From: an uncultured Trueperaceae bacterium
GTDB lineage: Bacteria; Deinococcota; Deinococci; Deinococcales; Trueperaceae
Length of the DNA stretch: 64,000 nt
Direction of reading: 5' to 3'
Assembly: GCA_963727505.1 (NCBI GenBank)
Contig: CAVSGP010000004.1
Coordinates: forward strand, 544,001 to 608,000
Part shown: piece after piece, positions 40,984 through 50,574 of the stretch
Layout: each line of letters begins with the position of its first letter
Numbering within the stretch: position 1 is the first letter of the stretch
Made by a program: the position numbers and the translations under genes
Notes under the pieces: generated by a model
Told to the model about the DNA's origin: nothing
Database searches by the model: none
The model's input: only the letters and a program-made list of their open reading frames with translations

Positions 40984-42147
40984 ATGCCTCGTCGCCGCCC
41001 GCTCTTCGTCCTTGGCTTGACGCTCGCCTCGCTGACCTTCTCGGCGGCCTGGGCTCAGAACTCGACCATCACGGTGCAACCTGGCGATTCCCTGTGGGGA
41101 CTCGCGCAACGCTACAGCACCACCGTCGACGCCCTGCGACAGGCCAACGGCCTGGTGGGCGACGCGCTGAAGCCCGGCACCAGCCTGAAGCTGCCGCAGG
41201 GCGGCAACGCAACGCCCGATGCCTACGTTGTCCAGCCGGGCGACACCCTGTACGACATCGCACTGGCGTTCCACCTGCGGGTGGACGACCTCATCGCATA
41301 CAACAACCTCAGCGGCTCCACCATCAAACCCGGGCAGACGCTCAAGCTGCAGCCGAGCACGCCCGCGCCGGCACCACTGGTCATCACGGTCCAGCCCGGC
41401 GATACGCTTTGGAACCTCGCTCAGAGCTACCAGGTCACGGTCGCGACGCTGGCCAGCGCCAACGACCTGAGTTCTGGAGGCATCCTCCACCCGGGCGACA
41501 GCCTCAAGGTTCCCGGCCGCTATGCCAGTCCCAGCACCGACACCGGCGGCCCCGTGCCGCCGACGGTGACGGTCAACAAGGGCGACAGCCTGTGGTCGAT
41601 CGCGCACCGCTACAACACCACGATCGCGGCGCTCATGAGCGCCAACGATCTGCCCTCCAGCAACCTGTTCGCCGGGCAGACGCTGCGCATCGTGCCGGCC
41701 GGCGAGCTCGGGGCCGCACGCACCAACTACGCCACCCCGACGCCCGCGCCCGCCTCGGGCATGATGTGGCCCATCCACGGGCCCATCACCTCGCACTTCG
41801 GCTACCGCCAGCTTCGCGTTGACGGCTCCAACTTCCACACCGGCCTCGACATCGCCGGCAACGCGGGGGAGGCCATCCATGCCGCGGTCGGAGGCACCGT
41901 GGTCCTGGCGGGCTGGAACGGCGGGTACGGCCTGTGCGTGATCATCAAGAGCGGCAACACCGCCTACTACTACGGCCACGCGTCCGCCCTACTCGTACAG
42001 CAGGGGCAGCAGATCCAGGAGGGTCAGGTGATCGCGCGGGTGGGCACCACCGGGCACTCGACAGGCCCGCACCTCCACTTCGAGATCCGCGTCGACAACG
42101 ATCCGGTCGATCCGCTTCCGCTCCTCCAGACCCAGGCCAGTCGCTAG
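40984..42147 (+). CDS. Secreted LysM x4 - M23 peptidoglycan endopeptidase
   Basis: Signal peptide; four 'V.PGD.LW' LysM repeats; 'HTGLD', 'YGH', 'TGPHLHFE'. Confidence 0.93.
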   Translation: MPRRRPLFVLGLTLASLTFSAAWAQNSTITVQPGDSLWGLAQRYSTTVDALRQANGLVGDALKPGTSLKLPQGGNATPDAYVVQPGDTLYDIALAFHLRVDDLIAYNNLSGSTIKPGQTLKLQPSTPAPAPLVITVQPGDTLWNLAQSYQVTVATLASANDLSSGGILHPGDSLKVPGRYASPSTDTGGPVPPTVTVNKGDSLWSIAHRYNTTIAALMSANDLPSSNLFAGQTLRIVPAGELGAARTNYATPTPAPASGMMWPIHGPITSHFGYRQLRVDGSNFHTGLDIAGNAGEAIHAAVGGTVVLAGWNGGYGLCVIIKSGNTAYYYGHASALLVQQGQQIQEGQVIARVGTTGHSTGPHLHFEIRVDNDPVDPLPLLQTQASR

Positions 42148-42259
42148 CGCCAATCCCGCCGATGGGCGCCGCATCTCCGACCGCACCCCTCGCCTCCGAC
42201 CGCGGGCACAGCCGCCGGGCGCCCAGCCTGGTAGCGAGGCGTGAACGCAGAGGCCTGCC

Positions 42260-43045
42260 GTGCGCGTGATCGTCGTCGGGGACATCCACATGCAGGCCGA
42301 CAAGCTCTGGCGCATCCTGCGGGAGGCGGAGCTTGCCGACGAAGGGCACCGGCCCACCACCGCCTTCGTTCAGGGCGACAGCCGACTGGTGCTGCTCGGT
42401 GACCTGGTGCACGCCAAGAGCCGCGAGCGCTACGCCGATCTCATCAACGTACGCCGGTACGACGAGTACAACCCGCGTCACCTGGAACGCGCCGAGAAGG
42501 CTCAGACGACGTTCCTCCGCGAGGTCAAGGGGTTCCAGGACCGCCTGCCAGAGGGCAAGATGGTCATCCTGATGGGCAACCACGACTTCAACGCCGTGCA
42601 CCCCGAACAGGGGCCGCTGCGCACGGACGACGTCTCGCACCTCGAGTGGAAGGTCGGCTATGGCGGCGAGATGGACCCCGAGATCCGGCAGTGGATCCTC
42701 GCCTGGCCCTCCCAGGTCGTGATCGAGGACCTGCACCTGGCGCACGTCGGCCCGCTCCCCGAGCACAACACCTACGACAACGGCTTCTACCTCGAGAATC
42801 GGCGCCGCTGGATCTACGAGGAGAAGGACTTCCTCGAGGAGACCCCCTACCGGCTCGGAATCTACGGCCACACGCCGGTACGCGGCGGCGTGAACATCGC
42901 ATCCCAGGGGCGCGCCATCCTGCTCGACACCAACGGGTACCAGGACGAATACAGCTATCTCGACGTGGACGTCGCCGAGCAGCGCTACCGACTGCGCATG
43001 CGGGGCCTGTTCTTCGACGAGACCGTCGCGCGCGCCGACGACTGA
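42260..43045 (+). CDS. Calcineurin-like metallophosphoesterase
   Basis: 'GDIH', 'GDLVH', 'GNHD', 'YGHT'. Confidence 0.85.
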   Translation: MRVIVVGDIHMQADKLWRILREAELADEGHRPTTAFVQGDSRLVLLGDLVHAKSRERYADLINVRRYDEYNPRHLERAEKAQTTFLREVKGFQDRLPEGKMVILMGNHDFNAVHPEQGPLRTDDVSHLEWKVGYGGEMDPEIRQWILAWPSQVVIEDLHLAHVGPLPEHNTYDNGFYLENRRRWIYEEKDFLEETPYRLGIYGHTPVRGGVNIASQGRAILLDTNGYQDEYSYLDVDVAEQRYRLRMRGLFFDETVARADD

Positions 43046-43058
43046 GCGAGCACGCCTA

Positions 43059-45098
43059 CTACTGCTCGACGCGCTGATCGTAGGTCGGCGTCATCACGAA
43101 CCACGTCTGGAACGGCGCCAGGTCGACTGGCTGGCCGCCCTCCGTCACGAAGCGCACACCGTCGGCCATGTCCCAGTGTCCGCGGACGGCGCGCCCACGC
43201 ACGTAGAGGGTCGCCGGCCCTCCCTGCAACGGGATGTAGAGCCGGCCCTCGGGGTCGTCGGGCAAGGGGCGCGCGCTGATCTTGGCCATCACCACGGCGT
43301 CTACCAGCACGTTCTCGCCGGACGCGTCGCTGGCGCCACTGCCATTGCGGACCCAACGGTATCTGTCGAGCGTCGGGAGGTACCGGAAGCCCGTCTTGTA
43401 GTCCGCGCTGAAGCGGTCGGTAACGCTGATGACCGTGGGAGCGTCGCTGGGAGGCCGGAACAACGTACCCGTCAACACGCGCGTGCGCGACGGGAGCAGC
43501 CGGTTGACGGCGCGACGTAGGGCGTCGCCCTGGCTGTAGAGGTTGTACGGCGCCTGGCGCTGGCTGGCGCGCTTGAACAGATCGCCGCGGTGGAGGGCGT
43601 CCAGCGTCGGCAAGGCACCCTGCTTGATGGCGATCATGGCGCCCGGCGACCCGCCGTCGTGCACCAGCACGGCGTTCATCGAGTCGGTGATCTTCACGAA
43701 GTAGTCGCGCGCACTGCGGATGGGCCCGACCTGGCCGGGATCTGCGGTGTCGTAGATAAGCATGAGCCGCGTCAGGCCACCCTCGACCGGCATCTCGACG
43801 ATGCTCGAGGCCTGCTTCAAACCTGCCTGCGGGTAACCGTGGACATTGTCGACCAGCACCGCCAGCGGCCGCTCGAGCTGCTGCCGGAAGGGGGCGGGCG
43901 CAGTGACGGGCGATCCCGTGCCGGTGGCGCTTCCGTCCGGTGACGTTGCACTGCCACGACCGGCCGCGTTGGCCTGGGTGGTGCCGCCCACCTGCCCGGC
44001 CGACGGCGCGTTCCCGCCCGGGGTGCGGCTGCCCGCACGGTTCGTGGCTACGTCGGCACTGCCCGGCGGAGCACCGCTGCTGCTCGGCGCACCCGTTGCC
44101 GGCGCCGGGGCCCGCACGTCGGCTCGCACCGTCGGGAGTGGTACCTGCTGCGCGGCGCTGACGGAAACCTGCGGCGTCACCTGCACGTTGCGGGCGTTGC
44201 CGGCCGTAGCGCTCGCCTGCGGCGCCGACAGGGCGCGCGGCGCCGCCACCGATGCCGACGCCTGGGGCGCGTCCAGGGATCGCGGCGCGGCGACCTGCGC
44301 CGACGCCTGCGGTGCCTGAAGCGGCTGCGCCGCGGCGACCTGCGCCTGAGCCTGGGGCGCCCGGAGACTCTGCGCCACGCTAACCGACGCCTGAGGCCGG
44401 GGAACAGCCTGGGCCGGGGCCACCTGCGCCTGCGTCTGCGGCGAGGGCACACTCTCCGCCGGCGTCACGCTGGACTGCGGCGTGATGGCCAGGCTCGTAG
44501 CCTGTGGCACCTCGGCCTGCACTTGCGGCTTGGGGATCGTGATCGAAGGGGCCGCCTGCCTGGGCTGCAGCTGCACCGGGTTGATATCGGGCAAGGTGGC
44601 CGCGGTGGTCGCCCCCGACCGCTGCGCGGGTGCCGGGGCAGCCGGCGCGGGCGGGGTCGGAGACGTCAGGCTGGGCGCCGGAGCCTCGGCCGCCTGCGCG
44701 GGCGGCGCCTGCGGTTGCGGGGCCGGCTGCCGCACTTGAGGCTGCGGCTGGACCGGGGCCGGCGGCTGCGCAGTAGCCTGCTGCGGCTCGGGCGCCTGCG
44801 GTTGGGGCTGCGGGGCGCTCCTCGCCTGTGGCTCGCCGATCGTTCCGGAGGCCACCTGCGGCTGGGACGTTTGCGGCGCGGGCGCCTCCGCCGCCGGCGC
44901 CTGCGTCGTGGTCTGGGACTGCTGTGGCGAGCCCAGGGTGACGACCAGATAGTGCTCCAACTTGCGCGGTTTGGGGGCGCTCAGGAACACCGCCAACAGC
45001 AGCAGCGCCACCAGATGGACGGTGACCGAGAGCAGGAGGGCGCGCCGCCTGTCCGGATCGCGCCACGCATCGGCGAGGCGGGTCACGCCCGTGATCAA
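43059..45098 (-). CDS. TonB/TolA-like membrane-anchored Pro/Gln/Ala-rich protein with C-terminal DUF3048 (YerB-like) domain
   Basis: TM 'LLLSVTVHLVALLLL' (S-x3-H), long P/Q/A linker, then 'RPLAVLVDN..PQAGL..EMPVEGGLTRL..GPIRSARDYF..HDGGS..APYNLY'. Coupled to exbD. Confidence 0.8.
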   Translation of the reverse strand: MITGVTRLADAWRDPDRRRALLLSVTVHLVALLLLAVFLSAPKPRKLEHYLVVTLGSPQQSQTTTQAPAAEAPAPQTSQPQVASGTIGEPQARSAPQPQPQAPEPQQATAQPPAPVQPQPQVRQPAPQPQAPPAQAAEAPAPSLTSPTPPAPAAPAPAQRSGATTAATLPDINPVQLQPRQAAPSITIPKPQVQAEVPQATSLAITPQSSVTPAESVPSPQTQAQVAPAQAVPRPQASVSVAQSLRAPQAQAQVAAAQPLQAPQASAQVAAPRSLDAPQASASVAAPRALSAPQASATAGNARNVQVTPQVSVSAAQQVPLPTVRADVRAPAPATGAPSSSGAPPGSADVATNRAGSRTPGGNAPSAGQVGGTTQANAAGRGSATSPDGSATGTGSPVTAPAPFRQQLERPLAVLVDNVHGYPQAGLKQASSIVEMPVEGGLTRLMLIYDTADPGQVGPIRSARDYFVKITDSMNAVLVHDGGSPGAMIAIKQGALPTLDALHRGDLFKRASQRQAPYNLYSQGDALRRAVNRLLPSRTRVLTGTLFRPPSDAPTVISVTDRFSADYKTGFRYLPTLDRYRWVRNGSGASDASGENVLVDAVVMAKISARPLPDDPEGRLYIPLQGGPATLYVRGRAVRGHWDMADGVRFVTEGGQPVDLAPFQTWFVMTPTYDQRVEQ

Positions 45099-45502
45099 CC
45101 CCCCGTCGCGATGGCGAGGCGTTTCGCGCCGGCCTGCTTGATCAGGTCCATGACGCGCACGACGAGACCGTGGGGGACGGTCGTGTCGGCGCGGAGCACG
45201 ACGGTGGTGTACCCGGTGGCCGCCATCCGGCCGCGCACGACATCGACCAGCTGCGCCTGCGACACGGCGCTGCCACCCACGAAGATCTGCTCGTCCTTGG
45301 TGATGGTGACCGTGGGGAGCGTCGAGGGCTCGGTGACGGCCGTCTGCGCCGACGGCAGGTCGACCGGAAGGCCCGACTCCATGGTGATGAAGGTGGTGGA
45401 CACCATGAAGAAGATCACCAGCAGGAACACCACGTCGACCATCGGGGTGAGGTCGATGCTGGGCGCTGCTCTCAGGCGGCTGCGGCCGCGCGACTCACGC
45501 AT
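45095..45502 (-). CDS. exbD: ExbD/TolR family biopolymer transport protein
   Basis: 'IDLTPMVDVVFLLVIFFMV', 'VDLPSA', 'LRAD..VPHGLVVRVMD'. Confidence 0.9.
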   Translation of the reverse strand: MRESRGRSRLRAAPSIDLTPMVDVVFLLVIFFMVSTTFITMESGLPVDLPSAQTAVTEPSTLPTVTITKDEQIFVGGSAVSQAQLVDVVRGRMAATGYTTVVLRADTTVPHGLVVRVMDLIKQAGAKRLAIATGG

Positions 45503-45511
45503 GGTGGTCCC

Positions 45512-46198
45512 CTACGCCTGCGAGGCGGCCCGCGCCGCGGAGGGCTCCCGCTCGGCGGCCTGAGGCTCCGTTCGAGACGTCTCCTCCTTGCGCGCCGCGA
45601 CGGCCTGAACCACGTTCCCCATCAGCTCCTCGCGGCGCCGGTCGATCTCCATCAGGATGGTGTCGACCCGGCTCGCCAGGTAGTTCTGGCCGATGACGGT
45701 GGGGATGGCGACGATCAGGCCGGCTGCCGTGGTGACCAGTGCCTGCCCGATGCCGTCGGCCAGCACCGACGGGTTGCCGGTGCCCTGGTTGGCGATCTCT
45801 GAAAAGGCGAGGATCATGCCGGTCACGGTACCGAGCAGGCCCAGCATGGGGGCGATCTGTGCGATGGCCGCCAGCGGCCGCAGACCGCGGGTTAGGTTCT
45901 GCTCCTCCTGGAGGGAGGCCTCCTGGAAGGCCGCCTCGACAGCGGAGCGACCGTACGGCAGCCGCAGCAGCGCCGCGCGTAGCACCCGGGCGACCGGGCC
46001 GCCGTGCTGCTCGCACGCGGCCAGCGCCAGCTCCAGATCGCGCTCGCGTACCGCAGCGTTGACACGCCCCATCAGCACATCGCTATCGAGGCGCTCCTTG
46101 GAGAGCTTGAAGAAGCGTTCGAAGAACAGGTAGACGGCGTACAGCGAAACGAGCAGAATTGCGACCAGAACGGGGCCGCCGCTCATCAGAAGACTCAT
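45512..46198 (-). CDS. exbB: MotA/TolQ/ExbB proton channel protein
   Basis: 'APMLGLLGTVTGMI', 'GIGQALVTTAAGLIVAIP'. Confidence 0.9.
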   Translation of the reverse strand: MSLLMSGGPVLVAILLVSLYAVYLFFERFFKLSKERLDSDVLMGRVNAAVRERDLELALAACEQHGGPVARVLRAALLRLPYGRSAVEAAFQEASLQEEQNLTRGLRPLAAIAQIAPMLGLLGTVTGMILAFSEIANQGTGNPSVLADGIGQALVTTAAGLIVAIPTVIGQNYLASRVDTILMEIDRRREELMGNVVQAVAARKEETSRTEPQAAEREPSAARAASQA

Positions 46199-46314
46199 GC
46201 GCGACTCCTCATCGTAGGACCGTCAGCATAGGTGGCTTCGCAATGAACGCCATGAGACGGTTATACCAGAGGCTTCATGCGACTTCATCCAACATTGGGT
46301 CCGGGAACGGCCCC

Positions 46315-49056
46315 TCAACCGGTGTTGCGCATCCCCGCTGCCACGCCGAGGAGCGACACCAGTACCGCGTACTCCAAACCCTCGCGCTCCGGGCTCTCCT
46401 CGGGCAGCGCGCGCAGCCTGCCCAGCAGCTCGACCTGGAGGAAGCTGATGGGGTCGACGTAGGGGTTGCGGAGCTCGATGGAACGCGCCAGCGTGGGATC
46501 GTTCTCGAGAAGACCATGACCGGTGGCGCGCTCGACCTGCTCGACCGTCCGGACGTGCTCCTCGTGGATGATGGCGCGGAAACGCTCCCGCAAGCCCTGG
46601 GGCACCAGCTCCAGATAGCGCTCGAAGATGTCGAGATCGGCCTTCGCTAGGCTCATCTGCGCGAAGTCGATGAGGGTGCCGAAGAACGGCCATTCGCGCA
46701 CCATCTCCGCGGTGAGCTCCGGCGGCAACACCGCCAGCCCCGAGCCGAGCCCGAACCAGCCCGGGAGGTTGGCCCGGCACTGTGTCCAGGAGAACACCCA
46801 CGGGATCGCGCGGAGGTTGTCGAGCGAGCGGTCTCCGGCACGGCGGGCAGGCCGCGAGCCGATATCGAGGCGGCTGATCTCCTCGATGGGGGTCACGGTG
46901 TGGAAGAAGTCCAGGAAGCCGTCGCTCTCGAGGAGGGTGCGATAGCGCTCCCTCGCGGCGCGCGAGGCGCGCTCCATGGCCTCGCGGTAGCGCTCGGGGA
47001 GCTCGGGGAGCGGGCCGGCATCGCGTGCCGAGGAGAGGATGAAGGCGTGCGCGACCTGCTCCAGGTGACGGTGAGCGAGGTCGGAATCGGCGTAGCGCGC
47101 CGCCAGTGCTTCCCCCTGCTCGGTGATGCGCATCCGGCCCCCGAGGCTTCCCGGCGGCTGTGCCAGGATGGCCCGCCCGGCGGGGCCACCTCCCCGACCG
47201 ATGCTGGTGCCGCGGCCGTGGAAGATCCGCAGCGGCACGCCGGCCTCGCGGCAGATCTTCGCCACGCCGTCCTGCGCCTGGTAGAGCGCCCAGTTGGCGG
47301 CCAGGAAGCCGGCGTCCTTGTTCGAGTCCGAGTACCCGATCATGACCTCCTGCACCCCGCGGCCCTCCACGTGGCGGCGGTAGGCGGGGACCGCGAACAG
47401 GCGCTCGATGACGCCGGGCGCGGCCCGCAGGTCGGCCTCCGTCTCGAACAGCGGGGTGGCGTCGATGGCCGATACGCCCGCCTGCTTGGCCAGCACCAGC
47501 GCCTCCAGGATGTCGGACACCCCTTCGGTCATGCTCACCACGTAGCTCCCGGTCGCCTCCTCGCCGAAGCGCGCCTGCGTGCGGCGGACCTCCTCGAGGA
47601 AGGCCAGCGCGCGCTCGGCCTCCGGTCCCAGCGCCGCTTCGGGCGGAGCCAGAGGACGCGGCGAGCCCAGCTCGCGTTCGAGCAGCGCGACGCGGACGTC
47701 CTCGTCGAGCGAGGCGTAGTCGTCCACGACCCCGGCGTGGCTTAAGAGCTGCGCCACCGCCCTCTCGTGCACCTGCGAGTGCTCGCGCAGGTCGAGCGGA
47801 GCGAGGTGGAAGCGGAACGCGCTGGCACGGTGCAGCGCGGGTCGCACGAACGACCGGGCCGCGCGCTCGCCCTGACCGGCCTCGAGCGTGCTCTCCACCA
47901 ACGCCAGGTCGTCGACGAGCGCCTGCGCGCCACCTGGGTATCCGACCGGCCCTTCGCGGCGCAGCGCCGCGCGTTCGCGCTCGAGGAAACGATGCACGTA
48001 CGCCAGTTTCTGCCGGTAGGGCTCCTCGTGGAAGCGCACGGGCGGACCCTCCGTCTGCAACAGGCGCTGCAGGTCGTCGCGGAAGGGCTTGGTCAGGGTC
48101 ACCCTCCGCTCCCACAGCGACAATCGCTGCACCAGGGCGTCCACATCCGCGAGATAGGCGTCGAGCGCGACCTCCGCCTGCAGGGTGATCGCCTCGCGGG
48201 TGACGTCGGGCGTGACGAAAGGGTTGCCGTCACGGTCGCCGCCGATCCACGAGCGGAATCCCAGCACGGTCGGCAGGGGCGGGTTCTCCGCGACGCCGTA
48301 GACGGCGTCGAGCGCCTCCTCCATGTCCTGCATGAGGCGCGGGATGGCGTCGAGCAGCGAGCGACGGAAGTAGTAGAGGGCGCTCTTCACCTCGTCGAGC
48401 ACGGTCGGCTTGACCGCGAACAGCTCGCGCGTCTGCCACAGGGTGGCGATCTCGGCGAAGACTTCGTCGTTCAAGCGGACCTCTTGCTGCGGCGACAGCT
48501 CGTGCTCGCTCGAACGTCGCAGGGCCGCCGCGATACGCTCGAGCTTGAGTCGAACGGTGTAGCGCTTGACCTCGGTGGGATGCGCGGTCAGGGTGAGCCC
48601 GACGTCGATCTTCTCCATGAAGGAGCGCACCTGGCCGCGCGTCCATCCCTGGTCGCTCAGGCTCCTCACCGCCGCTGCCACCGACTCGGGACGCGGCGAT
48701 TCCGGGGTGGCGTGCGCGTCGCGCAGGCGGTTCACGCGCACGCGATGGATCTCCTCGGCAAGGTTGATGAGCTGGAAGTAGACGGTGAAGGCCCGAAGCA
48801 GTCGCTCGGCCGTTGCCAGATCGAGCTCTGCGATACGCTCCTCGAGCGCATCCGCGGCACCGGCCTGGCCCGCGCGGCGCTGCTTGGTGCCGGCGCGCAC
48901 GCTCTCCACCAGGTCGAACAGTCGCTCCCCCTCGAGCTCGCGCAGGACCGTGCCCAGTGCGCTTCCCAGGAACCCTACGTCTGCCCTGAGTTGTTCGAAG
49001 GCGTCCTGTGGGCTGTCGTGCAGCTTCTCACGGTCGTTCTCTGCCTCGGGGTCCAC
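46315..49056 (-). CDS. ppc: Phosphoenolpyruvate carboxylase
   Basis: 'LTAHPTE', 'SWIGGDRDGNP', 'QEVMIGYSDSNKDAG', 'FHGRG', 'LRAIPWVF', C-terminal 'MRNTG'. Confidence 0.96.
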   Translation of the reverse strand: MDPEAENDREKLHDSPQDAFEQLRADVGFLGSALGTVLRELEGERLFDLVESVRAGTKQRRAGQAGAADALEERIAELDLATAERLLRAFTVYFQLINLAEEIHRVRVNRLRDAHATPESPRPESVAAAVRSLSDQGWTRGQVRSFMEKIDVGLTLTAHPTEVKRYTVRLKLERIAAALRRSSEHELSPQQEVRLNDEVFAEIATLWQTRELFAVKPTVLDEVKSALYYFRRSLLDAIPRLMQDMEEALDAVYGVAENPPLPTVLGFRSWIGGDRDGNPFVTPDVTREAITLQAEVALDAYLADVDALVQRLSLWERRVTLTKPFRDDLQRLLQTEGPPVRFHEEPYRQKLAYVHRFLERERAALRREGPVGYPGGAQALVDDLALVESTLEAGQGERAARSFVRPALHRASAFRFHLAPLDLREHSQVHERAVAQLLSHAGVVDDYASLDEDVRVALLERELGSPRPLAPPEAALGPEAERALAFLEEVRRTQARFGEEATGSYVVSMTEGVSDILEALVLAKQAGVSAIDATPLFETEADLRAAPGVIERLFAVPAYRRHVEGRGVQEVMIGYSDSNKDAGFLAANWALYQAQDGVAKICREAGVPLRIFHGRGTSIGRGGGPAGRAILAQPPGSLGGRMRITEQGEALAARYADSDLAHRHLEQVAHAFILSSARDAGPLPELPERYREAMERASRAARERYRTLLESDGFLDFFHTVTPIEEISRLDIGSRPARRAGDRSLDNLRAIPWVFSWTQCRANLPGWFGLGSGLAVLPPELTAEMVREWPFFGTLIDFAQMSLAKADLDIFERYLELVPQGLRERFRAIIHEEHVRTVEQVERATGHGLLENDPTLARSIELRNPYVDPISFLQVELLGRLRALPEESPEREGLEYAVLVSLLGVAAGMRNTG

Positions 49057-49148
49057 GCGGCCGATTCTATCGCGGCGGGCCGCGCGACCCGGATCACGGG
49101 CCGGCCGAAACGCCGATCGGCCCGCGCCTCCCCGCGCCCACCACAGCG

Positions 49149-49931
49149 TTAGTCCTCTCGATCCCCGTCCGGCGCCGGCCACTGCAGCCGCCGGATCGAG
49201 CGTGCGCGCCGCCCCTCCAACTCGAGCACCACACCGCAGAGGGTTCCGCGGCCCTGGGCGGGCCGGTAGCGGCGCGGCAGCTTGTGCACGAAGCGGGCGT
49301 GCACCTCTTCGAAGCCCATGCCGATGGACGACGCCTGCACACCGCTCATGCCCGCATCGGTGATGTAGGCAGTGCCGCGTACGATGGTCTCGTCGGCAGT
49401 CTGGACGTGCGTGTGCGTGCCGATGACGGCGCTCGCCCGGCCCGCCAGGTGGTAGAGCATCGCCTTCTTCTCGCTGGTGGCCTCGGCGTGGAAGTCGACC
49501 AGCAGCGCCTGACCCTCCGGAACGTCCTCGACGACGCCGTCGACGGCCCGGAAGGGGTCGTCGAGTGCATCCATGAAGACGCGCCCCATCGCCTGCGCCA
49601 CGGTGATGCGCTCGCCGTTACGGGCCTGGAAGGCCGCAGCGCCCACCCCTGGGGTTCCGGGAGGGTAATTGGCGGCCCGGATCAACCGCGGGGTCTCCTC
49701 GGCCAGCTCGACGGCTTCCCCCTGGTCCCAGCCGTGGTTGCCGAGGGTGACGACGTCGACTCCGGCCTCGCGGAGTTGCTGGAAGTGCCGCCGCGTGATG
49801 CCGAACCCGCCGGCCGCGTTCTCACCGTTGGCGATGATGAAGTCGTAATCGTCGCGGGCCTGTTCGAGGTAGGCCTGCACGACCTTCATGCCTGGCGTGC
49901 TGAAGATGTCGCCGATGAACAGGACGCGCAC
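49149..49931 (-). CDS. TIGR00282/YmdB family metallophosphoesterase
   Basis: 'FIGDI', 'NGENAAGG.G', 'GNH', 'DFHAEATSEK', 'GTHTHVQTAD'. Confidence 0.92.
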   Translation of the reverse strand: MRVLFIGDIFSTPGMKVVQAYLEQARDDYDFIIANGENAAGGFGITRRHFQQLREAGVDVVTLGNHGWDQGEAVELAEETPRLIRAANYPPGTPGVGAAAFQARNGERITVAQAMGRVFMDALDDPFRAVDGVVEDVPEGQALLVDFHAEATSEKKAMLYHLAGRASAVIGTHTHVQTADETIVRGTAYITDAGMSGVQASSIGMGFEEVHARFVHKLPRRYRPAQGRGTLCGVVLELEGRRARSIRRLQWPAPDGDRED

Positions 49932-49933
49932 AG

Positions 49934-50019
49934 CGCATGCTACCAAGGGGCCGGCATGCGCCGCATGCTACCAAGGCCGGCATGCGCCGCATGCTACCAA
50001 GGCGCGAGCATGCGCCGCA
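49934..50019. repeat. Three imperfect tandem copies (period 26-28 bp) of a unit with core CGCATGCTACCAAGG
   Basis: Exact cores at 49934-49948, 49962-49976 and 49988-50002, each followed by GCATGCGCCGCA. Confidence 0.9.
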
Positions 50020-50112
50020 GGCGACCGCGCGGCCGGCTCGTGGTGAGCGCCGTCAACCGCATACGTACGCCGAGGCCGGCGCAGCGCCGCCGTGCTAGGC
50101 TTTCCATGCACC

Positions 50113-50574
50113 ATGGACTTCGACGCCGTCGACCGCAGCATCCTTCACATCTTGCGCGAGGACGGACGCGCGTCGCACGCCAGCATCGCCAAGGCGGTCG
50201 GGCTGTCGGCGCCCGCCGTGGGCGAGCGCATCCGCAAGCTCGAACAGGCGGGCGTCATCCGCGGCTACCGGGCCGTGCTCGAGCCGCACGGCGTCGGCCT
50301 CCCGATCTGCGCCTTCGTCGCCATCGCACCGCAGCCCCGCAAACCGGCGCAGGGCCTGGTCGAACGCCTGCTCACGCTGCCCGAGATCGAGGAGCTGCAC
50401 GCGGTCGCCGGCACCTACTCCTACATCGCCAAGGTGCGCGTCGCCTCCACCCAGGCGCTCGACGGCTTCCTGGACCGGCTGTTCATGCTCGAGGGTGTCG
50501 AGCGCACCGAGACCACCATGGTCCTGCGCACCAACGCCGAGCGCCCGATGTACCTGCCTTTCGAGGCGGGATGA
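50113..50574 (+). CDS. Lrp/AsnC family transcriptional regulator
   Basis: 'DRSILHILREDGRAS...VGLSAPAVGERIRKLEQAGVIRGY'. Confidence 0.93.
   Translation: MDFDAVDRSILHILREDGRASHASIAKAVGLSAPAVGERIRKLEQAGVIRGYRAVLEPHGVGLPICAFVAIAPQPRKPAQGLVERLLTLPEIEELHAVAGTYSYIAKVRVASTQALDGFLDRLFMLEGVERTETTMVLRTNAERPMYLPFEAG

Noticed and set aside
49934..50019. Possible mini-CRISPR array
   Set aside because: The units are contiguous tandem copies without unique spacers, and no cas genes are present.
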